A stretch of 64,000 nt of DNA from Candidatus Latescibacterota bacterium (lineage in GTDB: Bacteria > Latescibacterota > UBA2968 > GCA-2709665). Location of the stretch: contig CBDDDZ010000003.1 in assembly GCA_965226795.1 (NCBI GenBank), forward strand, positions 352,001-416,000, read 5' to 3'. The notes under the pieces were generated by a model. That model made no database searches. It had not been told where the DNA came from and saw nothing but the letters and a program-made list of their open reading frames with translations. Positions 10,291 to 21,553 of this stretch are shown here, piece by piece; position 1 is the stretch's first letter; every line of letters starts with the position of its first letter. A program made the translations under genes and the position numbers.

Positions 10291-12273
10291 TCAGGACGCG
10301 GCAGGGAGCCCAACGGTCCGTCCGCGTCTGAGACGGTCCCGCCTGTCCGGCAGGATGGCAATCATCGTCCCGAAGGTGAGAACCCATGCGCCAATCCAGA
10401 CCCACATCACCAGGGGATTGACGTAAATTCTGAACAGGGCGGCACCGTCGGGATCCCGGCCCTCATATAGAACGTAGAGGTCTTCGCGCAGGCTGGAACG
10501 GATGGCGACTTCGGTCGTTCGCTGCCGGTCATTGCGTTTGTAGAAAACGTGCCGTTCGGGCCACATCGTACCCAGGCGTTCGTCTCCCTGGTACACGCCA
10601 AGCTGGGTCTGAATCACGATGGTGAGCGGATTCTGGCTCTCGGAATAGCCTTCGTAGACGAGGCGGTATTTCCCGATGGTCGCGGACTCGCCGTGCTTCA
10701 ATCCCGCCTCGATTTCCCGGTTGAAGGCATTGCCGGTGAACCCGAAGAAGAGGAGCACGACGCCGAAATGGACGATATAACCGCCGTAACGCCGGCGATT
10801 TCGGACGGTGAGGGACCAGAGCGCCTTGAGATACGGCTCATTTGAACTGCTTCCCCGCGCCTTCGCGCCCCTGTGAAACTCAGTGGCAATGGCTCCCGTC
10901 ACGAATCCGCACAGGGTGAAGGAGATCAACGCGTACAGTTCGCGCGCACCGAGGGCGAATGCGATAGCGCTACAGAAGAGACCGAAGATGCCCGGTCCGG
11001 AGAAATGTCTTTTCATACTGCGCGCCGACGTCTTGCGCCAGGCCAACAGCGGGCCAACACCCGTCATCAGGAGAAGCAGCAGACCGATGGGCGTCATGAC
11101 CGTGCTGAAAAAGGGCGGACCCACGGTGACCTTGGAGCCGGTGACGGCTTCGGAGAGCACCGGGAACATGACGCCCCAGAACACCGCGAATGCGGCTGTC
11201 AGGAAGAGAAGGTTGTTGAGCAGAAAGCCCCCTTCCCGGGAGACGGGAGATTCGTATTCGTTCCTGCTCTTGAGCAATGGCCTCCTCCACCACAGGATGC
11301 CGGCGGAAAAGACCACGATAGCCGCCAGAAAATAGAGGAACACGTTGCCGATCGGCGACTGGGCAAACGCGTGCACGGAGGAAACCAGGCCGCTGCGGGT
11401 CAGGAACGTGCCGTAGATACACAGCGTAAAGGTGAGAATGATGAGCGCCATGTTCCAGACTTTGAGCATCCCTTTCTTTTCCTGGATCATCACCGAGTGC
11501 AGAAAGGCGGTGCCCGTGAGCCAGGGAAGCAGGGCGGCGTTTTCAACGGGGTCCCAGCCCCAGTACCCACCCCATCCCAGAACCACGTAAGCCCAGTTGC
11601 CGCCCAGAAGCTGCCCGGTCCCCAGAAAAAACCAGGGCCAGATGGTCCAGCGCCGGGTGGTGCGGATCCACGCTTCGTCCACCTGCCGGCTCAAGAGCGC
11701 GGCCATCGCAAACGCATACGGTACGATGAAACCGACGTAACCGAGGTATAGCATGGGGGGGTGAATGGCCATGGCCGGATGGACCAGAAGCGGATTCATG
11801 CCCTGGCCGTCGGCAGCCGTGAAGCCGAGTTCGCGGAAAGGATTCTCGTAATATCCTATCAGGACGAGGAAAAAGACCTGGGTGAGCGACATAACGACTG
11901 TCGCATAGGAGGCGAGCGGCCCGCGGAACCTGCGGGTGGTGCGCGTGGCGAAGAAATTGAAACCAGCGAGAATGAAGGCCCAGAGCAGGAGAGAGCCCTC
12001 CATGCCAGACCATGCGGCGGTGAACTTATACGGCGTCGGCAGGTCGCGGCTGGAATGGCCGGCCACGTAGTGGAGATCGAATCGGTCGGTGAGGAAAAAG
12101 GACTCCAGCAGGCCGAAGGCCCCCAGAACCATCAGAAAAGTAGCAGCAACCGCGCGTTCCGTGCTGAGAGTGAGATTCAGCCTGCCGGTCCGGCCGGCCA
12201 GAACGCCGGACACCGCCGCGTAGAGGGAGGTGACAACCGAGAACCAGATGAGGAAATTGCCGAGTTCAGCCAT
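10291..12273 (-). CDS. ccmF: Cytochrome c heme lyase CcmF
   Basis: IHPPMLYLGY, WGGYWGWDPVEN, SVHAFA. Confidence 0.95.
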   Translation of the reverse strand: MAELGNFLIWFSVVTSLYAAVSGVLAGRTGRLNLTLSTERAVAATFLMVLGAFGLLESFFLTDRFDLHYVAGHSSRDLPTPYKFTAAWSGMEGSLLLWAFILAGFNFFATRTTRRFRGPLASYATVVMSLTQVFFLVLIGYYENPFRELGFTAADGQGMNPLLVHPAMAIHPPMLYLGYVGFIVPYAFAMAALLSRQVDEAWIRTTRRWTIWPWFFLGTGQLLGGNWAYVVLGWGGYWGWDPVENAALLPWLTGTAFLHSVMIQEKKGMLKVWNMALIILTFTLCIYGTFLTRSGLVSSVHAFAQSPIGNVFLYFLAAIVVFSAGILWWRRPLLKSRNEYESPVSREGGFLLNNLLFLTAAFAVFWGVMFPVLSEAVTGSKVTVGPPFFSTVMTPIGLLLLLMTGVGPLLAWRKTSARSMKRHFSGPGIFGLFCSAIAFALGARELYALISFTLCGFVTGAIATEFHRGAKARGSSSNEPYLKALWSLTVRNRRRYGGYIVHFGVVLLFFGFTGNAFNREIEAGLKHGESATIGKYRLVYEGYSESQNPLTIVIQTQLGVYQGDERLGTMWPERHVFYKRNDRQRTTEVAIRSSLREDLYVLYEGRDPDGAALFRIYVNPLVMWVWIGAWVLTFGTMIAILPDRRDRLRRGRTVGLPAAS

Positions 12274-12320
12274 CGTTGGCGCCACGGGTCATGGGATGAC
12301 CCGGCTTTCCTGGCAGGATG

Positions 12321-12758
12321 TTACCTGCTATAGGATTTCTTGATGTCTTCGTAAGATTGGCCCTCGTATTTTGAGGGACATTTAGCCAACAGGGTTTCCG
12401 CGCGAAAGAGGCCGTTCGCGCCCACTTCGCCTTCCAGGACCACGTCGGCTTCGTCTCTGAAGGTGTCCGGAACAATGCCCGCATATACCACCGAACGTCT
12501 CGCGGAAAAGGCCGCTCCCTCCAGGGGCTCCCAGATCTGGAACTCGACGTTTCGGCCGGGACTTTTCCGGATCGTGCCCGGGGTGACTTTGCCGGCGAGT
12601 TTAATACGTTTGTTCACGAATTCAGTCTCACGGGCTTCCAGTTCCGAGACGGTAAGGTAATACATCGCCATCTTCTGGGAACTGGTTACAACCAGGAGAA
12701 CCAGGCATGCGACAATAACGGCGAATCCGGCGATGAACTTGACTTTTCGGACCTTCAT
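12321..12758 (-). CDS. ccmE: Heme chaperone CcmE, Cys-type (CxxxY)
   Basis: N-terminal TM, Y.GIVPDTF, LAKCPSKY. Confidence 0.9.
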   Translation of the reverse strand: MKVRKVKFIAGFAVIVACLVLLVVTSSQKMAMYYLTVSELEARETEFVNKRIKLAGKVTPGTIRKSPGRNVEFQIWEPLEGAAFSARRSVVYAGIVPDTFRDEADVVLEGEVGANGLFRAETLLAKCPSKYEGQSYEDIKKSYSR

Positions 12759-13168
12759 GATCGGAGTTCCAGGAAAGAATTCAGCTTCAGAAAACCTTCA
12801 GGTGCCGCTGCCTGCGCAAGCATCCGGCCCCCGGTTCGATTCCGTTTCGAGAAGCCTGGACTTGTTGTCGGGACGAACGAAATATATAAAAGATCGGCAC
12901 ATTATCCACACAAAAAAGGAGTTTACGTAGAACGCCGGCGATCCGGATCCCGAGCCCGAACGACTCCGGGTCCATCCCTGTATCAGAGTCTTACAGTGTG
13001 ACTTCTACGCAAAATGGGTACACGTTTGTTACATGTTACTTGTTTAGGGATTCGTGTTGATAATAAAGGGCCAAGGGTAGGGCGTGGCGTTTACGGCCTG
13101 TCTGCCGGCCTGGCAGGCCGCGCCGGGGATCGTTGAAGGGATCTCACATGCCTGATGATAAGCCCACC

Positions 13169-13195
13169 TGTCATTCTGAGCGCAGTCGACGAATC
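13169..13195. repeat. REP-like element TGTCATTCTGAGCGCAGTCGACGAATC
   Basis: Resembles widespread GTCATTCTGAGC...GAATC intergenic repeats; single copy here. Confidence 0.4.
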
Positions 13196-13482
13196 GCCCG
13201 TCCGTCCCGTTTTGCCTGCGGAAGTATCCTCGCGGAGCAATGTGGGACCGATGCTCCCGCCCATCCGTGCTCTCAGCCGAGCGATGTACATCTCATCTCT
13301 TCGTATCGCCATCATTCCCACCATGTCAATTACAGTCTCTTTATGCGGTTTAATCATAGTTAATCACAGTCAAAATGACTTGACAGTGTTCGTTCCGGAA
13401 CCATATTCAGGATCGCCGGCGGTACCGCCGGGAGATTGCCTGGAGTTTTATCATTCCGTTCCACTGGATGAGGGAGGACGAC

Positions 13483-14301
13483 ATGACCGTTCTGGACGCC
13501 GAGGCGTTGGATTTCTGGGAGGAGAACGGATACGTTGTGGTGCCCGAGGCTGTCCCGCCGGAAAACTGCCGAGAGGCCGAGAAGGCCGTGTGGAGGTTTC
13601 TGGGCATGGACTCCGGAGATGCGGATACCTGGTACCCGGATCCGCCGAGGCCCGGAATCATGGTCGAAATGTACCAGCACCAGGCGCTGTGGGACAACCG
13701 GCAGCACCCCAGGGTGCATCGTGCGTTTGCAGAAATATGGGGGAAGGAAAAACTCTGGGTGAGTTTCGACAGGACGAGTCTGAATCCGCCGGAACGACCG
13801 GGTTTTGCGTTCAAGGGACCCTATCTGCACTGGGATATCTCGCTCGAAGATCCGTCGCGTTTCATGGTACAGGGCGTGCTGTATCTGTCCGATACAGCGG
13901 CGAATCAGGGTGCGTTCACTTGCATACCCGGCTTTCATCGGCGAATTGCGGACTGGCTCGAGACGCTATCGGAGGAGGAGAACGCCCGGAGCCGGATGCA
14001 GGCGGAATTCGGACATCAGGCAAAGCCGATCGCCGGCAAGGAGGGTGATCTCGTAATCTGGAACAGTCTGTTGCCCCATGGAAGCAGTCCGAACTCGGCC
14101 GACCAGCCCCGCATTGCGCAATACATCACGATGACTCCGGCGAAGGAGGAGGACGAATCCCATCGGGAAGGCCGCATCGAGGGCTGGCGTGACCGCCTGA
14201 CGGGGCTGGGAAAGAACCAGAAGGAAAAGGAGCACTTCGAAGGCGAAACGGCGCAGTTGACGGCGCTCGGGCGAAAGCTCCTGGGCCTGGATCGCTGGTA
14301 G
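13483..14301 (+). CDS. Phytanoyl-CoA dioxygenase (PhyH) family Fe/2OG enzyme
   Basis: LHWD (HxD), LPHGS and PRIAQY motifs; GGAGG RBS before 13483. Confidence 0.85.
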   Translation: MTVLDAEALDFWEENGYVVVPEAVPPENCREAEKAVWRFLGMDSGDADTWYPDPPRPGIMVEMYQHQALWDNRQHPRVHRAFAEIWGKEKLWVSFDRTSLNPPERPGFAFKGPYLHWDISLEDPSRFMVQGVLYLSDTAANQGAFTCIPGFHRRIADWLETLSEEENARSRMQAEFGHQAKPIAGKEGDLVIWNSLLPHGSSPNSADQPRIAQYITMTPAKEEDESHREGRIEGWRDRLTGLGKNQKEKEHFEGETAQLTALGRKLLGLDRW

Positions 14302-14383
14302 CGCGACGCAATTGCCGGCAGCGGCTGAAACTGAAAGGCTCAGCACTGTTGCCGAATGCCGTTCTTCGGGACTGAGACGACCT

Positions 14384-14575
14384 ATGCAGATTCGCCACGA
14401 TCATCGCGAGTTTATCCTGGATGCCAGATATGACGGCGACTTCTGGATCGTCGAGGTAATTGAGATTGTGGATGGACAGCGGCGTCTGCGGTTTGAGTAC
14501 AAATTAAACACGCCGGCGGATGAATCAGCGGCCTGTAATCGGGCCTGGGTACTCTTTTCCGCGCGGAATATCTAA
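14384..14575 (+). CDS. Small hypothetical protein (63 aa)
   Basis: Protein-like ORF MQIRHDHREF...; ends before the terminator hairpin. Confidence 0.5.
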   Translation: MQIRHDHREFILDARYDGDFWIVEVIEIVDGQRRLRFEYKLNTPADESAACNRAWVLFSARNI

Positions 14576-14622
14576 GGATCGATAAACGATGGCGTAAGAG
14601 CCACCCGATAACCATGCGCAAA

Positions 14623-14670
14623 CAAAACAGCGGAGGCCATCCCGTGGGAATCGCCTCCGCTGTTCTTTTG
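14623..14670. terminator. Probable bidirectional rho-independent terminator
   Basis: AACAGCGGAGGC...GCCTCCGCTGTT hairpin with A/T tracts between convergent genes. Confidence 0.8.
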
Positions 14671-14680
14671 CGATTGTGGA

Positions 14681-16612
14681 TTATTTCTTTTTGTCGTCAT
14701 CCACGACTTCGTACTCCGCGTCGACCACGCCGTCGTCTTTCTTCTCCTCGCCCGCGGCCTGCCCCGGGTCGCCCGGAGCTCCGCCGGCCCCGGGATCCGC
14801 CTGCGAGGCCTGCGAGGCCTGCGCGTAGAGCTCGCTGGCCACCTGGTGCCACTCCTGGGTGAGCGCTTCGGTGGCGGATTTGATTTCGTCCACGTTCTCG
14901 CCCTTGAGCGTTTCCTTCACCCGGTCCACCGCGGCCTGTACCTTTGCCTTGGCGTCTTCGCTGATTTTGTCGTCCATTTCGCCGAGTTGTTTTTCGGTCT
15001 GGTAAACCTGCTGATCCGCCTGGTTGCGAACTTCGATGCCCTCGCGCCGCATCTTGTCTTCGGCGGCGTTTTCCTTGGCGTCGCCGACCATCCGGTCGAT
15101 TTCCGCGTCGGACAGACCAGAGGAGGCTTCGATGCGAATGCTTTGTTCCTTGTTCGTGCCCATGTCTTTGGCGGAAACGTTCATTATCCCGTTGGCATCA
15201 ATGTCGAAGCCGACTTCGATCTGTGGGGTGCCGCGGTGCGCGGGCGGAATGCCGTCCAGGTGGAATCGGCCGATGGTACGGTTGTCAACCGCCATCTCCC
15301 GTTCGCCCTGAAGCACGTGCACCTCCACCGAAGGCTGGCTGTCGGCCGCCGTTGTGAATACCTGCGATTTCTTCGTGGGAATGGTGGTGTTACGATCGAT
15401 GAGCTTTGTCATCACACCGCCCAGGGTTTCAATACCGAGAGACAGGGGGGTCACATCGAGCAGCACCACGTCTTTGACCTCGCCCGAAAGAACACCGGCC
15501 TGTATGGCGGCGCCCACCGCCACCACTTCGTCGGGGTTTACCCCCCGGTTCGGCTCTCTGCCGAAGAGTTCCTTGACCGCCTCCTGAACTTTGGGAATGC
15601 GGGTGCTGCCCCCAACCAGAATGACCTCGTTGATCTCCGACGGGGAAAGACGCGCGTCTTTGATCGCCTGGATACAGGGCCTCCTGGTCCGTTCGACCAG
15701 GTCTTCCACGAGTTGCTCGAACTTGGCACGCGACAGCGTCAGGTTCATATGCTTGGGACCTGACGCATCGGCCGTTACAAAGGGCAGATTGACATCCGTC
15801 TGCATGGAACTCGAAAGTTCGCATTTGGCTTTTTCGGCTGCTTCCTTCAGGCGCTGAAGGGCCATCGGGTCGTTGCGCAGGTCGATGCCGTTCTCCCGCT
15901 GGAACTCTTCCGCGAACCAGTCGATGATGCGCTGATCGAAGTCATCGCCGCCCAGGTGGGTATCTCCGTTGGTGGATTTGACCTCGAAAACGCCGTCGCC
16001 CAATTCCAGAATGGAAATGTCGAACGTGCCGCCGCCCAGATCGTAGACGGCGATGATCTCGTCGGTCTTCTTATCCAGGCCGTAGGCCAATGACGCGGCC
16101 GTGGGTTCGTTGACGATGCGCCTCACTTCCAGACCGGCAATTTTCCCCGCGTCCGTGGTGGCTTTGCGCTGGGCGTCGTTAAAGTAAGCCGGGACCGTAA
16201 TCACCGCGTCCGTAACGGTCTCGCCGAGGTATTCTTCGGCCGTCTGTTTCATTTTCTGGAGGACCATGGCCGAGATCTCGGGAGGCGTATACGTCTTGTC
16301 GCCCAGTTTTGCGGTAGCCAGGCCATTGTTCTCTCTTTCGACTTCGTAGGGCACTTCTTTAATTTCATTGGGCACTTCCTCGTAGCGCCTGCCCATGAAG
16401 CGTTTGATGGAATAGACGGTGTTGTGCGGGTTCGTCACGGCCTGTCGTTTCGCCACCTGACCGACGAGACGTTCGTCATTTTTGGTGAAAGCGACCACCG
16501 AAGGCGTCGTACGCCCGCCCTCGGCATTGGGAATCACGACGGGATCGCCCCCCTCCATAACGGCCACACAGGAGTTGGTCGTTCCCAGGTCGATTCCGAT
16601 AACTTTGCCCAT
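14681..16612 (-). CDS. dnaK: Chaperone DnaK (Hsp70)
   Basis: [32 protein letters not shown] tail. Confidence 0.99.
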   Translation of the reverse strand: MGKVIGIDLGTTNSCVAVMEGGDPVVIPNAEGGRTTPSVVAFTKNDERLVGQVAKRQAVTNPHNTVYSIKRFMGRRYEEVPNEIKEVPYEVERENNGLATAKLGDKTYTPPEISAMVLQKMKQTAEEYLGETVTDAVITVPAYFNDAQRKATTDAGKIAGLEVRRIVNEPTAASLAYGLDKKTDEIIAVYDLGGGTFDISILELGDGVFEVKSTNGDTHLGGDDFDQRIIDWFAEEFQRENGIDLRNDPMALQRLKEAAEKAKCELSSSMQTDVNLPFVTADASGPKHMNLTLSRAKFEQLVEDLVERTRRPCIQAIKDARLSPSEINEVILVGGSTRIPKVQEAVKELFGREPNRGVNPDEVVAVGAAIQAGVLSGEVKDVVLLDVTPLSLGIETLGGVMTKLIDRNTTIPTKKSQVFTTAADSQPSVEVHVLQGEREMAVDNRTIGRFHLDGIPPAHRGTPQIEVGFDIDANGIMNVSAKDMGTNKEQSIRIEASSGLSDAEIDRMVGDAKENAAEDKMRREGIEVRNQADQQVYQTEKQLGEMDDKISEDAKAKVQAAVDRVKETLKGENVDEIKSATEALTQEWHQVASELYAQASQASQADPGAGGAPGDPGQAAGEEKKDDGVVDAEYEVVDDDKKK

Positions 16613-16646
16613 TGGTTGAATTCCTTTCTATAGAATCCGACGTGTT

Positions 16647-16940
16647 TTATGCCGCTTTTTCCTTGTTCTTGGACTTGGCACCGCTGCCGCTCTTGTCTTT
16701 TGAATCCTTTTTCTTGTCTTTCGGGGCGTCTTTTTTTGCGGCCTCTTTATATCCGTCGCTCCGGTAGTCGGTAATGTAGAAACCCGATCCTTTGAAGAGG
16801 AGCCCTGCGCCGGCGCCGATGAGCCGCTTCAGCTTTAGTTCGCCGCATTCCGGACATTTGCGCAGTGAAGACGACGTAATGCTCTGAAAATGCTCGAATT
16901 CATGGCTGCACGCTTCACAAGCATAGTCATATGTGGGCAT
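16647..16940 (-). CDS. FmdB family zinc-ribbon protein
   Basis: MPTYDY.C..C...CP.CG and FKGSGFYITDY. Confidence 0.9.
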   Translation of the reverse strand: MPTYDYACEACSHEFEHFQSITSSSLRKCPECGELKLKRLIGAGAGLLFKGSGFYITDYRSDGYKEAAKKDAPKDKKKDSKDKSGSGAKSKNKEKAA

Positions 16941-16997
16941 AAACGGCTTCCTTTTCTTTGAACTACGGATTGATGAAATAACCGATGATGCATTTAA

Positions 16998-17013
16998 AGC
17001 AACATGGGTACCA
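16998..17013 (-). promoter_or_regulatory. Putative sigma-54 (-24/-12) promoter for the FmdB-dnaK unit
   Basis: Minus strand TGGTAC-CCATG-TTGCT with exact GG-N10-GC spacing. Confidence 0.6.
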
Positions 17014-17133
17014 AAGAGTTATAAACATACTGAAATATATGAAAAATAACTAGATACCGAATACGGCACGCGGCCTGGACTCGCGGGGGTACTGCCATTT
17101 TTGCATAAATATGCTATTGTGTCATATGCCAAA

Positions 17134-17164
17134 AGGGATGGCTGCAAAGAATGCAGCCATCCCT
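17134..17164 (-). terminator. Terminator downstream of sucC
   Basis: AGGGATGGCTGCA...TGCAGCCATCCCT hairpin followed by TTTT on the minus strand. Confidence 0.8.
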
Positions 17165-17198
17165 GGGTACGAGGTACCGGTAGTGGGAGAGCAGGCCT

Positions 17199-18386
17199 TC
17201 AATCGCTATTGGTCGTGGCCGGGGGCAGCCCGCGAACCGCCGCCACAACCGCTTCCGCCGCTTCTTTCAATTCGCGGGCGACCGTGAATTCCAGATCCGA
17301 GTTCTCCAGAATTCTCGCGCCCTCTTCGGCGTTGGTACCCTGCAGGCGTACCACGATCGGCAGGTCTACGGAAAAATCCTCGAGCGCCTGGACAACACCC
17401 TCAGCGACCCGGTCGCAACGCACGATGCCTCCGAAAATGTTGATGAGCACCGCCTTGACACCGGCGTCGGACAGCAGGATACGGAAGGCGTTCCGAACCC
17501 GTTCCACGTTGGCGCCGCCGCCCACGTCCAGGAAATTCGCGGGGGACGATCCCGCATATTTGACGATATCCATGGTGGCCATGGCCAGACCGGCGCCGTT
17601 GACCATGCAGCCGACCTCGCCGTCGAGCTTGATGTAGTTCAGGTCGAATTTGGAGGCGTCCACTTCCAGAGGGTCCTCCTCGTCGGTGTCGCGCAGTTCC
17701 CGAATATTCCCGTGGCGGAAGAGCGCGTTGTCGTCGAAGTTCATTTTAGCGTCCAAAGCCACCAGGTTTCCGTCGTCCGTGACCACAAGGGGGTTGATTT
17801 CGGCCAGAGAACAGTCGGTGCCGATGTAGGCTGCATAGAGCCGGTCGATGAACCGCACCCCCTGTTTATTCGCTCCGGATTCAAGGCCGAGGCCGAATGC
17901 CAGCCGGCGGGCCTGGAAGGGCTGAAGCCCAACCGCCGGATCGACGGTTTCCCTGAGGATTTTTTCCGGCGTGGCGGCGGCCACTTCTTCGATGTCCATC
18001 CCACCCTCACTGGATGCCATGATGACCAGCCTGGAACGATCCCGGTCCAATACCACGCCCAGATAGAGTTCACGGGCGATATCGGTGGCGCTTTCGATCC
18101 ACACCTGTTTGACGCGCTGCCCTTCAGGGCCTGTCTGAGGAGTGACCAGATTCCGTCCGATCATGTCCCTGGCATATCCGTAGGCCTCGTCCGGATCCCG
18201 GGCGAGTTTGATGCCGCCGCCCTTACCGCGGCCGCCTGCGTGGATCTGGGCCTTGACGACGACGGCGCCGCCGAGTTCGGCTGCCGCGCTTCTGGCCTCG
18301 TCGGCCGTTGTGGCCAGACGTCCATCGGGTACGGGTACGCCATACGACTTGAGGATTTCTTTGGCCTGGTATTCGTGGATCTTCAT
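17199..18386 (-). CDS. sucC: Succinyl-CoA synthetase beta subunit
   Basis: [38 protein letters not shown]. Confidence 0.97.
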   Translation of the reverse strand: MKIHEYQAKEILKSYGVPVPDGRLATTADEARSAAAELGGAVVVKAQIHAGGRGKGGGIKLARDPDEAYGYARDMIGRNLVTPQTGPEGQRVKQVWIESATDIARELYLGVVLDRDRSRLVIMASSEGGMDIEEVAAATPEKILRETVDPAVGLQPFQARRLAFGLGLESGANKQGVRFIDRLYAAYIGTDCSLAEINPLVVTDDGNLVALDAKMNFDDNALFRHGNIRELRDTDEEDPLEVDASKFDLNYIKLDGEVGCMVNGAGLAMATMDIVKYAGSSPANFLDVGGGANVERVRNAFRILLSDAGVKAVLINIFGGIVRCDRVAEGVVQALEDFSVDLPIVVRLQGTNAEEGARILENSDLEFTVARELKEAAEAVVAAVRGLPPATTNSD

Positions 18387-18420
18387 GGGGTCTCCTCGTG
18401 GGAGGGTCGTGGAGCGGGTT

Positions 18421-19995
<1,575 letters not shown>

Positions 19996-20053
19996 CACGG
20001 TGTCCGAAAATACGTTTTTGACGTACGAAAGGCAAGTTGAAACGGGAATGAAA

Positions 20054-20941
20054 TCAGCCCAGACCGGAAAGGTTCGAGGGGATGGTTTTTCTGAGCACCT
20101 GATGGAAAGATCTTACGATAGGACGGGCGAAGGTGGTACTGCGGCCAACAAGCGCGATCGGCCGGGAGAGCCCGGGATCGGGGAAACGAATAAGCCTCCG
20201 GTCGGGAATGCCCAGCGCTCTGGCGATACCCAGCGGCACCAGTCCGTGGCCGAATCCGCAGCGGGCCATCTGCGCGATGCCCGCGAAGGATTGAAGGGTC
20301 TGTACGGTTTCGATGCGCATGTTCCAATTCCTGGAGAGGATCCTGATCCGCTGTTCCAGGTGACGCCAGGTCGCGGCATGGGGTTCGATGGTGATGACCG
20401 GAAGCGATGTATCCCGGCGCAGTCGAAACGGCTTCAGTCCGGAGGGCACCAGGACCATGGGCTCGTCCACGAGGGGCTCCGACGTCATGCCGGCGCTGTA
20501 TTCCCCCAGATCCGCGCACAGCGCGAGCATATATTCGCCCGAGCGGACATTGTCAATAACAACGGGGCTTCTATGGGCATTGATGACGAGTTCAAGCTGC
20601 GGAATGGCCTGTACGACGTCGGCCAGGACGCGCGAACCCCACGAAGAGAGAATGGATTCGGAGATGCCAATCACAAGGCGGCTGCCCCGAACGGGGGACT
20701 CGGCGGCCACGGCCTCCCGCAGGGCGGCCATGAACGGCGCGGTCTTTTCGAGCAGTTGAATGCCCGCGGCCGTGAGACGGACGCGTCTGCCAACGGGTTC
20801 GATGAGGTTCCGTCCCAGCGTATTTTCCAGTGCGGCGATGCGTTTGCTGACGGCCGATTGGGAGATTCGCAGCCGGATGCCCGCTTTGGTCATCGTGCCG
20901 GCTTCGGAAAGCGCAGCCAGGGTTTCGATGTTTTCGATCAT
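20054..20941 (-). CDS. LysR family transcriptional regulator
   Basis: N-terminal HTH (ISQSAVSKRIAALE..LG), substrate-binding domain. Confidence 0.92.
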   Translation of the reverse strand: MIENIETLAALSEAGTMTKAGIRLRISQSAVSKRIAALENTLGRNLIEPVGRRVRLTAAGIQLLEKTAPFMAALREAVAAESPVRGSRLVIGISESILSSWGSRVLADVVQAIPQLELVINAHRSPVVIDNVRSGEYMLALCADLGEYSAGMTSEPLVDEPMVLVPSGLKPFRLRRDTSLPVITIEPHAATWRHLEQRIRILSRNWNMRIETVQTLQSFAGIAQMARCGFGHGLVPLGIARALGIPDRRLIRFPDPGLSRPIALVGRSTTFARPIVRSFHQVLRKTIPSNLSGLG

Positions 20942-21164
20942 AACGCGATGTCCTCAGTATGGGGGATCCTCCCGCGCCGTCCAGCCCGACGACACCTCGC
21001 CACCACTCTCCCCTTGAGGGTGGTCGCCCCCACCGGCGGCGGCGGGGGAACCGCCCGTGCGCGCTACGCCTCTCCCCGTGGGAGCGCGGGCACCTGCCCG
21101 AGCCGGTTTCTGCTGGGCAGGAAGGTCCCGTCCGCCCGGGGTTCCGGCCAACAAACGATAATTG

Positions 21165-21179
21165 ATTCCTTTTAGGAAT
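21165..21179. promoter_or_regulatory. Putative LysR binding box
   Basis: Palindrome ATTCCT-TTT-AGGAAT with T-N11-A core, in the AT-rich divergent promoter region. Confidence 0.55.
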
Positions 21180-21553
21180 ATAATCTATAACAACGATTCG
21201 TTTTTATCTTGTATTGAATTTAGCTAAATTTGATTCGCGTGTAAAGCGGGAAATCCGCGAATCGCAAAGGCGGGGAATGGTAACCCATTTCCGGGGCGGG
21301 CAACTGGATCCCGACTTGCAAACTTTAGATTATATTATATATTGCGTAAGCAGTTCATTGATTCAGTGAGAGGGGAAACGTAAGAGGACCCCAGGACAAC
21401 CGCGAGACGTTAGAAGTGAGAAGCAGGAGGTCCACCCGGCACCCCGTTGTTTTTCGTGTTGTCTCACTTCTCCCGTCTTGCCGCTTTTTGCTGACCGCTG
21501 ATCGCTGTTTCTTCTTACGTCTCACTTCTTACTGCCTTGTGAGGATTCCCGTT

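Noticed and set aside
14740..14825. Short repeats GCCTGCGAG at the dnaK 3' end
   Set aside because: Ordinary low-complexity QAS repeats in the DnaK tail
16940..17130. CIRCE/HrcA site upstream of dnaK
   Set aside because: No TTAGCACTC-N9-GAGTGCTAA match seen
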